A stretch of 48,792 bases of DNA, counting the filler, from Dimargaris cristalligena (taxonomy: Eukaryota), in assembly GCA_003614675.1 (NCBI GenBank). It is 2 parts of 2 records of this genome, joined end to end, with 100 filler letters (N's around TTAATTAATTAA, not from the genome) between each part and the next. Parts side by side here need not be neighbours in the genome. Positions count along the whole stretch, not along the records: positions 1 to 24,358 come from ML002590.1; 1 more part is not named here. One strand, 5' to 3'. The position numbers and the translations under genes were made by a program. Positions 1-11,257 of this stretch are shown in pieces. The notes under the pieces were generated by a model. The model was not told the origin of the DNA and ran no database searches. It saw nothing but the letters and a program-made list of their open reading frames with translations. Every line of letters starts with the position of its first letter. Position 1 is the stretch's first letter.

Positions 1-2502
1 TGTTTATTAGGAGAATACCCAATGGGTATTTTTATGAAATGTAATAAAGAAGGCCACCAATGTTGGCAGCTCTGAGGGAAGTAAGTCTGGGGATATGTCC
101 CAGACTTTTATAACAAAAAGATCCTCGAGTTATGAATAAGAACTATGAATACTGGAAAAACAGCCTAGCCATCAAAGGGCTTGTAACTGGGTAGGAAAAG
201 ATGAAGACTGATATTTGGTGATGTTCTTCATCTTTTTTAAACTAAAAATAGTTTGGCCGGGATACGCTATTAGAGATTAAGCAGGCCAGGCCACAACAAT
301 ACCAAGAAATTAAACAAAAACAATATAATTGTTATAGTAAAGTAGAGTATTAAGAATAGAAACATGCAGAGTAAATACGATCAGGAAAGACAAATATGAC
401 TTTGGCAAATTACTCATCATGAATATTTGACATCTGGTGCCATCAATAAGATATAGTATGTTCAGTAGTACTATAGAACTGCTATAGGGATATGGCCAAC
501 TTCACCTTGTGGATATTCAACAAGCAGTTTAGCAATCCATCCCCGCCACCAGCCTGCTGGTTATCATCATTAGTCTGAGCAAGTCTATCTTCTTAAGCTG
601 CTGTTCATTCTTCTGGATTAGATACTTAGTCCCTATTTATCAGGACATCTCCAAGTGAGAGCAAACAACAGAATAGCTTCACATTAATTTACCTGATACA
701 ATCTGGCCCAAGTCAAACTATTAAACCTAAAGGGCAATTAATGAACCCCAATTTAAGATGATAATCTTGGGCTGTTGCCTTGGAGGTAATGTTGTGAATT
801 CCCAGATTACTGTAATTTTCCTGACGACAGAACCTGGAACAACCTTTAGCCGCCTGTTGTATAAATAGTATTGGCTTGAAGACAACAAACTAAATTCAGA
901 AGAAATCAGCCTCCCCTGGGACCCCTACACAATATGCCTAATAGAAACCATACCTAATACCCCAAATACCATTTATATCTTTATATTATGAATTTTCACT
1001 GGATCCCTACCTAGTGTCCCTTTACTAAATGCCCATCCCTTTGGCCCTAGGGGTATTTCATTACGACTGGAAACCAACCAAAGTCCCAAAATAAAAATCA
1101 ATCATATTTAAACTACTGGGTATCCCACATCATCTCTATATTTCTTTTAGCCCTTGGATTGGTGACTACCCACCATCTAGTTATGTGATCGGTTGATATG
1201 TACTAGATCCTTAATTAACGCATCTCACAGGACCCCCCCCCCACCAACTTACCATCACGACACCTAATGTCCCAGACCAGCTGGCTTGGTAACAGTCTGT
1301 AGCTTTTTCTGCCCCCCAAGTCTCGAAAGGGCGGATTCTGATAATTACCCCTTACTTACTAGTATTCATAATATTTATAGTCTCCCTTAACGACAAATGG
1401 AAAGGCCTACGATACCGCGACCATGTTATGGTCCAATGATTTGACGTAGCTTTACTGGGCCCATATAGATATATGTATTCCCGCTAGTTGATCCGTTTTA
1501 CCAAACCTGTTAGTCAAAATGACCACCCGGTGCTCCTAAAAGTACGCACTACTACCTTCTCATCCGGGACCTGGCGCACCCCAACCGCGACATCTCTGAT
1601 AGACAGACCTCGGGCCACATCCAATCAATTATGTAAATTTTTGTTAAGCCCAAATGCCGAGCCATTTTGACCGCGCCCGCTGCTCTACCCATGCCACTGT
1701 TTTGGGTACATCACTAAATAACGTCCTATTGCAAGACCCATGTAGATTCTAACAACGTCGCCGATATGATCCTCTCAAATCGATAAATCGGCAAACCAAT
1801 TAATACTATTGTTACTGCGCCTTACTTTGGATTACCTATATATTTCCACCAGGAGTAATACCTGCAGGTCATGCCAAAGTGCCAGTCAACTTGAACAATA
1901 ACCAATGACCAAGTGGATAATCAATAAATGAATATGGGTGATATTTTCGACAAAGCTATTTATTTCTAAATATATATATATATATAAGGGAGGATTCCTA
2001 AATCTATGAACTAACCGGATAGGTTACTGATAAGTTACAGACAAAATACAGTAAAATACTTTGAAAAGCGCTCCCCGGAATGGAGGCATCAATTAACTAA
2101 TTGGATACTACCTGTTCATTACAAAATCTAAATAATTGGTCATCATCGATTCCATTGGGCTGTTCATCGGCTGACCTGGTGACCAAGCGTTGGGGCTCGC
2201 TAATGTGCCGGTTGGCGGCACTGTAATTTACTATGGTCGATTGTTTGGGAATCTGAATGCCGATTAAAGGGACGTGTCTTCTTCGAAGATTTCCACTGAC
2301 ACCATATCTGCCGCGCCCGGCTCTACTTTAGCAGTTACCATCATTGTCCCTGTACACCGGGAGTAGATGTATTGTCGACCGGGAATGACTTATTCGCCAA
2401 TATATAGCGCTTATTGTAGCTCGCGTATTTGTCTGACGTATCTCCTGCCCAAGTGGCCAAACGTCCGATGGTCTTTTTCTGAATACGCTGGCTCAGGGAA
2501 GG

Positions 2503-3027
2503 TTAGCTGGGCTGTTTTTTCCCCTCCGACGGGATACTCCCATTAGTCCCCGGGGAAGTAGGGGCAGTAGGGGTACTCGGGGCCGCATAGGCTCGCATTT
2601 TTCGGGCGATTTTATCGGTTCCGTAGGCGAGCCAAGCTCGTCTTTTCTCGTGAGTCCACATGTAAGGGTATTGTTGTTTCGGGTGCGTAGCCAACATTTT
2701 CTGAATAGCCGCCTGAGCTTCTTCGGGACCCCTTTGCTCTTCGTATTCGTTTATACCGTGGACCCCGTAATAGTAGTCATTGAATCTACCGATGTCATTA
2801 ATACTAAGGCCTCGTTCTAACCGGTGGCGCGCGTTGAGGTATTTACGGGCTTTATGGGCCTGGTAGGTCACGCTGGCCTCAGCCTGTGCAAGTGCCTCGG
2901 CAACCATTTTGTCATGTGCGGCCTGTTCGGCGGCATCGATGTTGTTAGCAGTGGTGGCTCGGGATTGGACCCCCGTGAGAAGCCCGATTAGTGCCACGAG
3001 GAGGGTGCACCACAGTACGGTCCGCAT
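2503..3027 (-). CDS. Small secreted protein of unknown function (174 aa), effector-like
   Basis: Intronless ORF; N-terminus MRTVLWCTLLVALIGLLTGVQS resembles a signal peptide; upstream TATATAAA on the - strand near 3201-3208; no recognisable domain. Confidence 0.7.
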   Translation of the reverse strand: MRTVLWCTLLVALIGLLTGVQSRATTANNIDAAEQAAHDKMVAEALAQAEASVTYQAHKARKYLNARHRLERGLSINDIGRFNDYYYGVHGINEYEEQRGPEEAQAAIQKMLATHPKQQYPYMWTHEKRRAWLAYGTDKIARKMRAYAAPSTPTAPTSPGTNGSIPSEGKKQPS

Positions 3028-4700
3028 GGTAATGATTGGCTTGAGGAGTGGAGGAAAGTCTCAGATGGGCCGGGTTGTCAAAGGAGGGGTGTACGAGTGA
3101 GAGAGATAGATGTATAGACTTACCAGTCTTGAAAGAGAGAGAGAACTGAAATCCCGATTGCTGTGCAGTTATCGGTAGAACTAGGTTGGCAGGATCGCTC
3201 TTTATATAGAATGCGTTGTGGGATTATGGCTAGGCTGAAACGACAGTAGCCTAATTGATGAATTTTTAAATTATTCGAATGATTGACCGGGCCATTTCCG
3301 GGAGGATATCAAATGGGAGAGTACAGCCAAATACAAGGGAGCTCCGCGGGCCATTTCCGTTGATGAATAAGGCAAGGGTCCCAAACACATGGGCGATGAA
3401 GTGGTGGAAGCCCACCGGGATACTATAAGCCGGTGGTGGATTGGTAGTCTCTTTTCAAGGGAACACCGAGAATGTTTGGTGTCAGCCAATCTCGTTCGAT
3501 CAACGTTTTTTTGTAAAACAAAGGCACGTTGCGACCCAGTGCTACTTGGACTCTAGTCACAGATGCACTAAAAATAGGTACGCAAAAGGGAGAACTACTG
3601 CAGTGGACTAAAAAAACCCCCCTTCCTCCCTCTGCCGTGCTTCTTCCTATCAATCGACCCGATTAATTGTTGTACAGTAAAAAATTCCAGGTTGTCTTGT
3701 ATCCCCATCCCCTCTCCCCCTTCGCTATAGGGAATTCGGGAGAGAGGCAAGGGAGGGAAGGGCAATCCCTCGAGTCTAAAATATGCAGCAAATAGTTGGC
3801 GGACTTGTTTGTTTTCGGGAGAGTAAGGGGGAAAGGATATTTAGGCATTGTCGTTTTAGGTAGGCGCATAAGGGTATACGCCGTATACCTAATAATTGGA
3901 CGGCCGGAGAGAGGGAAGAGAGGAAGCGAACAGAGGAAAGTCGGAGCTGGGGCCGCATGAAATTCCTCAAATTGGTGTATAGCGTAGTGGTAGGGGAGGG
4001 ATAATACGTCTATCGGGCTATTCCCCACCCCCTATCTCTCCCCTACTCCATTTTTCCGCACTTCTGTACGGCCATCGACTATCCCCCGTTTTTGTTCCCG
4101 AATAGAGAGCACGATGCCAAGTGGGACTGTGAATTCACGATGAATAACCAATGCCGTGGGCCAAACGATACCATGCGGAAAGCCTTCCTTTGGCCATCGG
4201 ATGATACTGCTCCGTACAGGCTTGATTGGCCTACCGCCTGGATTCAAGCATGGCCTAAGGGGAGAACGACTTGGCCAACCACGTCTCCTAGTTCTAAAGC
4301 GCCGCTCTCCAGTCTCATAGATCCCCCGGCCATTTATGAAAAGCTCCGCGTGTATTGCAAAAATAGGTTTTATAGGTATTCTCCAAAAATGGGAATGGTT
4401 AAAATTGCTGTTGCTGTTGCCCTCCTCAATCCTCCACTAAAGGGAATTATACCCTTGTATACATATATGTGTATCTACTTATATCAAAAGGTAATTCCAC
4501 TCGCCCGGATTTAATTGAAAGTACTATCTGCCAAGCATTTCCAACTGGCATAGCTATCCGCAGTTCCATAAAAGAGAGAACGGGAGTTTGGGTGTGTAAA
4601 TATGCGACGAAGCGGTGCCTACTGAACTAGTTGTAAATGTAAAGCCAGCTAACAGTCAACGCTACCAATATATAGGCGTGGAAGAGATGTGCGGCACTCG

Positions 4701-7700
4701 TTAACGGTCATTGGAAGTAACTAGCAATTGAACAGGCGGAATCGTTGGTGTACCATAGCCATCCGTCCGAGCCCTTGGCCCCCCAGTACCACCACCATCC
4801 ACAATTGAAGTTGGAGTATCGCCTACGCCCAAAATATCCGTGACAATAGTTGCACCCGACGTGGAACGCGATGACGTTTCAAGCGACTCATGGCTAATCC
4901 CGCCAACGTGACTAGCGCCGCTGTCGGTTTTATTCGTGGCCATCGCATTGGGCACGGGGAAGACCAGGCCCATTCGATGGGTGGGTAGGACAGTGTTGGG
5001 TGTCGCTGCAGGTTCTATACGCTCGGCTGTCGCTCCATCCGTACCTCCTGGTGGCCGGGCCAGGGTGGGGGTGTGTGGATACTCGAGGGACGACAAACTC
5101 GCGGAGGTAAACGATGTGGGATTCGGCCAGTAGTGGCTACCGTGGTCATTCATATCGCCATATGCTCCCCCGCTCCGTTTAACTGTCGCCGTCGCCCCAT
5201 CCATTTTCGGAGCAGGCGTTTCCGGTATCGAGACGGGTTCGGAGTCGTTCGAATAGCGGGGCTTTTTAGTGTAAATATTCATCATGAGTTGGGCCACCTG
5301 TTCGTGTTGCTCGAGCTGTTCGCGTTGTTGCCGCATGAGCGACTGGAACTGGGCCACTGTCTGTTTTTCCCGGGCGAGGTCCACGGAAAGGGATTCCAGC
5401 TAGGTAAGAAGAAAGACGGTAAACACGCCGAAACCGATTATATTGATTAGTGGGACAGAGGTTGATGCTTAATACGGCACTGTGTAGCCAATGGAGCGAA
5501 TTGCTAAAGCAAAAAATTAAATGGGATGCGTAACAAGCGATTTACTCACCTCCTCCTTTTGGCCGCTAAACCGGTGCTGCAGTTTATTGTTTTCGTCACG
5601 GGCCTGCTGGTTGTCATAGTTGAGCTCTACGATTTCATTCCCCTGTGCTTCTATTTTTCCCTTTAGCTCGGCCACTTGGTCACAAGCTATTAGCATAATT
5701 GTACATATTATTAACATATGTATATAAAGAAAAGGACCAGAGTTAGCCGGAGGCAAATAACGGAGCAGGTGATATCATTGGTGTAAGGCCAAAATAAACA
5801 TTGCTACAAATAATGAAGCCAAACAAACTTACCGTCGTTTAGCCGCGCTTCCAAAGAGGGAATTCGGTCGACCTGTTCGCGAAGTCTGATGAATTCAATG
5901 GTTTGGAATAAATTCGTAAAATGTATATAAAATACGACGCCTAAGCTTCATAATCAAATAATACTTGGGTAATTTTGACCCTTCTTTCGTATGACACCCT
6001 TTACCATTAACAATATAGTGCAATTTCCCGTTATCCGTAGGGGTTTTTTTAAATACATATCTCGGACCCTTACTTTTTGTTTTCGGTGGTCAGTGTCCTG
6101 TGGTCTTTGGTCATTCGCTCTAGTCGAGATTCGGCTGTGTTCAACTGTTCAGTCTTGGTTCGCAGTTGACGAACAACTTTGTTCCACCTAAAAAATAAAA
6201 CAGTATAACCAAAGCAACATACATCTTGACAAGATGATTAAATGAAGCAAAGCACGATTAAGCGGCCAGTGGGAACGATCATTTCTCAGATAGTGTGACA
6301 GTAAAAAGTACATTAGTATGTATTAAACCTGGTGCTCACTACCGGTTGACTATTCCAGAATTCACTCATTTTAGCGTACCTTTCCTCGCGCATAGCCACA
6401 TCCTCCTGGAAAATCTGGATTTCCTGTTTCAGGTCGCTCACGAAGGCCTTAAGTTCACCCATTTCCCCGTTTTTATTTTGCAGCCGGCTAGTTAGCTCGT
6501 CCACGTCACGGGACAGCACTTTACTCTCCGTCTGGCATTCCTTAGCGGTGCGTTCGAGCTCCCGGGCCTCCACTTGGAGCTCTTCGTTGGTCCGGGTGGT
6601 ATCACGTAGCTGGATTTGGAGGGTTGTCACTTGGGCTGTAAGTCGGCCGTTCTCCTGTTCCAGAAAATCAGACTAGTGTGAGGGAATATATACAACAATG
6701 AACACGTGATATGTATAAATGATCAATACGGGGCACAGGGGAAGTATATTTTACAATTGCTGGGCAACATTGTTCTAATTGTAGAAAGTGTTAAAAATAA
6801 ACGTGTATTGCAATATACCTTTTGTTGATGGGATTCCTCAATCGATAATTTAGCGTGTAGGGTTTCATTCAGTCTCTCAATCTCCTGATCGCACAAAACA
6901 TAGTAGTTGTAGAAACAAAAGAAAATGAAAGGTTGGTAATTATCCCCCCAATGAGAAAAAAAAGTAGTGGAAAAATGAATCAGTAAAACTGGATGTAGTC
7001 GCAAAGAATGTGGTGGCCGAGGCATTTGTAACAACTGGTGGGTCTATTATTATTATTAATTACGAATAATCAAGGAAAGGCGTTTGGCTACTTACCTGAT
7101 CCTGCTGATTAGACTCTGAAGAGTGGATGAATCGACAGTAGAAAATGCAGGGTATACAATGCATGCATTAGACCACTATGTCGTCCCAAAAATTAAACAA
7201 TCGCAAGCCCACGTATGTCATGTATTCCCTATTATATGTGGTATTTACCTTGTAGAAAATGGTCGGCAGTCTGTAGTAGTAGTATCCTGTGGTGATGGGT
7301 GATGCGAGACATGTACCTATAGGGTGGGAAATAATCCCGAAATAGATTTTAGATATTAATGAGTAAAATGGCCAAGAGACGCCATAGTGGGATTGCCAAT
7401 AGCCATTCCTAATTAAAATACCCGGTCGGGCGCATCCCAGGGAACGCCTGGGTTAAAGGTTCATCTTACCTGTTATAGAATGGACCGGAGACCTGGGCCA
7501 TATTACATAGTAGCGGATGGGTGGCCAGGTCCGTAGACCGAATTGCCGCCAGTGCAAGTACATCGCAAACCGTTGGCGAAGTGTCCATGGGGGGGTGGGT
7601 GGTATGTGAGCGCTGCTGCAGTCAACCGATACATTGGTTGTCGAATGGCCAAATATCAATAGTATATCCATTAGACCACCATGGCTAATATACCGGAGGC

Positions 7701-10566
7701 ACTCGTATAGTAATAGTGCCGGGTATGAAAGGGAATCCGACATAAACCGCCATATTCCTACAGTAAAAAGCTACACGGCAATAATGTTATAGAGAGTCAT
7801 TCAAAGGCCCTAGTCATTTATGTTCTCATAAAGAGCAACCGAATCACTTACGAGAGAGGACACCGTGGAAGAGCCAAAGGACTGAAGCCACAGCGCTACG
7901 GTCAGGCTAGAAATCTGGGCACAGGTTACAGTGGCCACGGGATCCGAGTTTATCGGCTGGTTCAAAGTACTGTACAATTTCTGCAGTTGGCTGTAGGCGA
8001 AATTAGGCTGCTGCGCTTCGAGAAGGCGATTTAATTCGTGCTGTTGTAGATGGAGAATGGCCTGTTGGCCACAATGGGTCCGTGAAAATTGGGCTGCAAA
8101 GAAGTAGAGTACGGTGGAGTATTGTTAAGGCAGCAGAAATAATAATAATAATAATAATAATGTGTATACTTAAGTGGCGTCGAATAGACCGTTTCATAGA
8201 ATGGAGCATGTTTAATCCCGACAAAAGTTTGAGCAGTGATAGAAGAGATTCCCTAATTTAATTAGCCCAGTTGGTATCGCGGTAGTTGAAGCACGCGCAC
8301 TTACTTATAAACGAATTCAGTTGTTTAAACAGGGCCAGTACAATCTGTGATTCGGCAAAATCGCCCAGTCGGTCGATTTGAAGAATCAAAGCCATGCCAA
8401 CCATATCCGCAAGTACTTGCTGAAGCTTTTCGAGACTAAGGCGAGGCCATAAAAGATAAATGAATGGATAAAATTACATGGGCCATTGCAGTATCAAAGT
8501 GCGAGATTAATTATCATTTCAAGGGCGTCGGTTCTACTTGAGCTAGTAAAGCATAGTTTTCACCAAAATGCACAGCCACCGTAATGTACGGGAATATTTT
8601 CACGCACGTACCTCTCGTTGTTTTCTAGTTGGATCCGGGCAACGGCCATAAGAAAGGGAAAGAGGTGGGGATACTCATGAGGGGCCCACCATTCGTCAAT
8701 CTCACTATCTGGCCGATCACTGACTAGCGTGGAAATAGACCCACTGCTTATATTCATGAGTGATGCTTGGTTGGGGTCATTGGCAATAGAGCGTAGAAAC
8801 CGCTCCATGGAGCTGGAGGCCTGGGCCACAATGTCGAACTCATCAATCAAGTCGATGATTTCATTAAGGTTGATTCGGTGTTCGAGCAGGATGGATAGTA
8901 GGTAGTATATCTAGGGAAAATACGCGCCGGACAATGGTAAATGAAGGCAAAAATCAATGAGGAGGTAATAGTTACTAGATATATTATGTAAAAAAGGTGG
9001 CTGAGGTAAGTCGAATCCCGGAATAGAATTGCCACCGTGCAGAAAGTGGCCAGCCAAAGTAAGTCCGCTATTAAAGTTGATACCAGCCGAACAGGCATAT
9101 GGACTGGGCAGTCTTCTTACCTCATCGTAACGCTCGTGCTCTTTCCACTGGTGTTCAAGGGTGAGGCGGACGGCCTTGATGAGGGAGGGGTGATCCGCTA
9201 TAACCGATTGCATATCGCGGTGGTTCAATAGTCCGTAGACCAAGTCGATGGCGACCCGTAAATCCTCCTCGGAGTCGGTGCGACCAACGATATGGAAGAT
9301 GAGGCGCCACGTTTCACGATTGTTGGTGGCGTTGAAGATTTTACCGCTCAGGGCGGGGTCGTGGGTGAGTAGCAAATGTAAGCTGAGGAGGGCCAGTACG
9401 GTGGTGGAGGAATCGGGTTGGCCAATGTGGGTGAGGAGGGCTTTATAAAAGCGGGCGGCCCGGGGGTGCTGTTGAACCACCCGGGCAACCGCGGCGCAGT
9501 GGCCAGCCAGCTGGACCAGGGTGCGGTGGTAATGTAGGGAGGGTTCCGTGGGATCGTCGCTAGAATCCTCGAGCCGACTAGGCGGGGGATTGGACTCGTC
9601 GCTGTCGTTTTTATTATCGTCGTCTTCGGGCCGGCCAGCGAGTGTAGCGCCGGCCAGGGTTCGGTCCATGCAATAATGAATGAAGGCCCGCTGGGCCGAC
9701 GACTGGCCGGCAAAATGGGCGCCGGCGGGGGGAGTGGTCATTAACTGGAGCAATTGCAGGAATTGGCACTGCAGCATATCGTCCATGGATTCACCATGGT
9801 GGACGATATAATGACATAAGGGATCCACATAAGGGCTGATCACAGTGCCGATGGGATCGCGGAATAAGGTAGATACCACGGGGCTGCTCAGAATAGCCAA
9901 GGCATAGTTGGTGAGGGGTCGATCGCCAACGAGGGATGCGGGGCGTTGCGGATAAATGGAATGCCCCGTGGTGGGTAGGAGGAGAATATCAAAGAGGCGG
10001 GCTAGCCACCGGCCTTCGCCGGGATGGGCGGGTTCCGGAATAGCAGGGGCCGTTGGGTTAGACGCGGCCGGGGCGGGCGAAGAGAACCATTGGGAGGGCG
10101 AGACGTGGCTGATGTAGCGGGCAACGTAGGCGTCGTCGAGAAGGGTTAGCAGGGTCTGGGTAGGTATGTGGTGTGGATATATACGGGTATTATACGAGAT
10201 AAATGCGTAGCCATGGTGGGTAGGGGGAAGACAAGGTATGAGAAGAGGTTAGGCGTATTCAATGGTGGGGGTGTGGTGTGTGGTACAGAGCATATAGCCA
10301 GAGAGAGGAGAGTGGCGTGCTTCCACCCCCCTCGTTAGCAGCTAGGTGGCGCAGTCAGGTCCAGAGGTGGCCTTCGTGCCGCAATGCATTGGCTCCCGTC
10401 GAACTGGACAACCTAGCCAGTCGCTGGACGAGTAAACTCACTGGGTTGGGGACTGTACCTGGAGGAGGCCGGGTAGCTGGGCCTGCTGGTCGTCGGCCAG
10501 CCGCTCGAGAGTGTCAAGCAGCTGGAAAAACTGCCGTAGAGTATGGTAGGGGGAGTCGGCTAACAT
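4701..10566 (-). CDS. CIP2A-like: CIP2A-like protein (ARM-type N-terminus + coiled coil + disordered tail), 14 exons, ~1136 aa
   Basis: Phase-consistent GT-AG exons: 10566-10459, 10155-9121, 8910-8612, 8435-8305, 8093-7852, 7615-7470, 7316-7249, 7115-7096, 6884-6819, 6672-6380, 6187-6074, 5885-5833, 5686-5550, 5399-4701. Segment LVQLAGHCAAV...RFYKALLTHIG...TTVLALLSL...GKIFNATNNRETWRLIFHIV...RVAIDLVYGLL matches recalled human CIP2A LANLCRHNLSV...SFYRTLITLLA...VVVFALSIL...[20 protein letters not shown]...KYSVDLLMDLL. Coiled-coil end QLEQHEQVAQLMMNI resembles ELNKHSHMIAMIHSL. Boundaries of the middle exons are less certain. Confidence 0.8.
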
Positions 10567-11257
10567 GAGCAGGACTAGGAGGGGTAAACAAGACGAAAGC
10601 TAAGCTGAAGGGATAAAACGGCGCAGTACGGAGAAGAAAAGGGAGGCGGGCAGTTGGCTTAAAGTAGAGGTGGGCAATGGGTCCATCCTTGTCCTGTTAT
10701 GCGACACTTTCGCTAACGAACCCTAAAGAGCGAGTGAGAGAGAGCTGCCTTGGGCATACAAAGACGGTTGATGACTGATCTTTGTGAGGGGTCTGCAGCA
10801 GTGTGCTCGAAGCTCCGGTAATCCTAGCTTACTAAATGGGACAAGGTAAAAGAGCCCCAGGGCGGTGGGACATTAAATTTCCTGGTGAACAGCGGGGCTT
10901 AAATTTAACCTTGGCTATTCACTTTAATGATTCAGGCCGCTTCCCTTTCAATTGGACCAGCTGAAAAAAAATAAAAGAATAACAAAAACTAACGCCCAGT
11001 GCCTGACCTGGCTTGTTTATGAATATAATCTCTCCCTGCTCTCCTCAGCCTCCGAATCCAACCGCCATTCCTTCGACAGCCATCCCAAACTATATACCTT
11101 GTCTTGATTGTATTATCGCTTTCCGAGCAGTTCCCTTTACTTATATTTCCTTCGTCCGTATCTAGGCCAACCTCGTCTGTATATTAAAGAGGGGGAGTTC
11201 CTAAGCCTCACCTCACCGCACCCCACTCCGCACAAACTCCCTCTGGGCTTCCATACC

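Noticed and set aside
3831-3840. ATATCCTTT on the - strand resembling a U12 AT-AC 5' splice site
   Set aside because: No downstream TCCTTAAC branch point and no credible flanking exons; all introns resolved in this window are GT-AG.
8262-8282. TAGCCCAGTTGGTA, a tRNA A-box-like string within a CIP2A-like intron
   Set aside because: No B-box/T-arm (GTTCRA) and no acceptor stem.
11108-11257. ORF-track N-terminal extension of TACC from a TTG start
   Set aside because: Non-ATG start in a pyrimidine-rich leader; the first ATG in good context is 11258.
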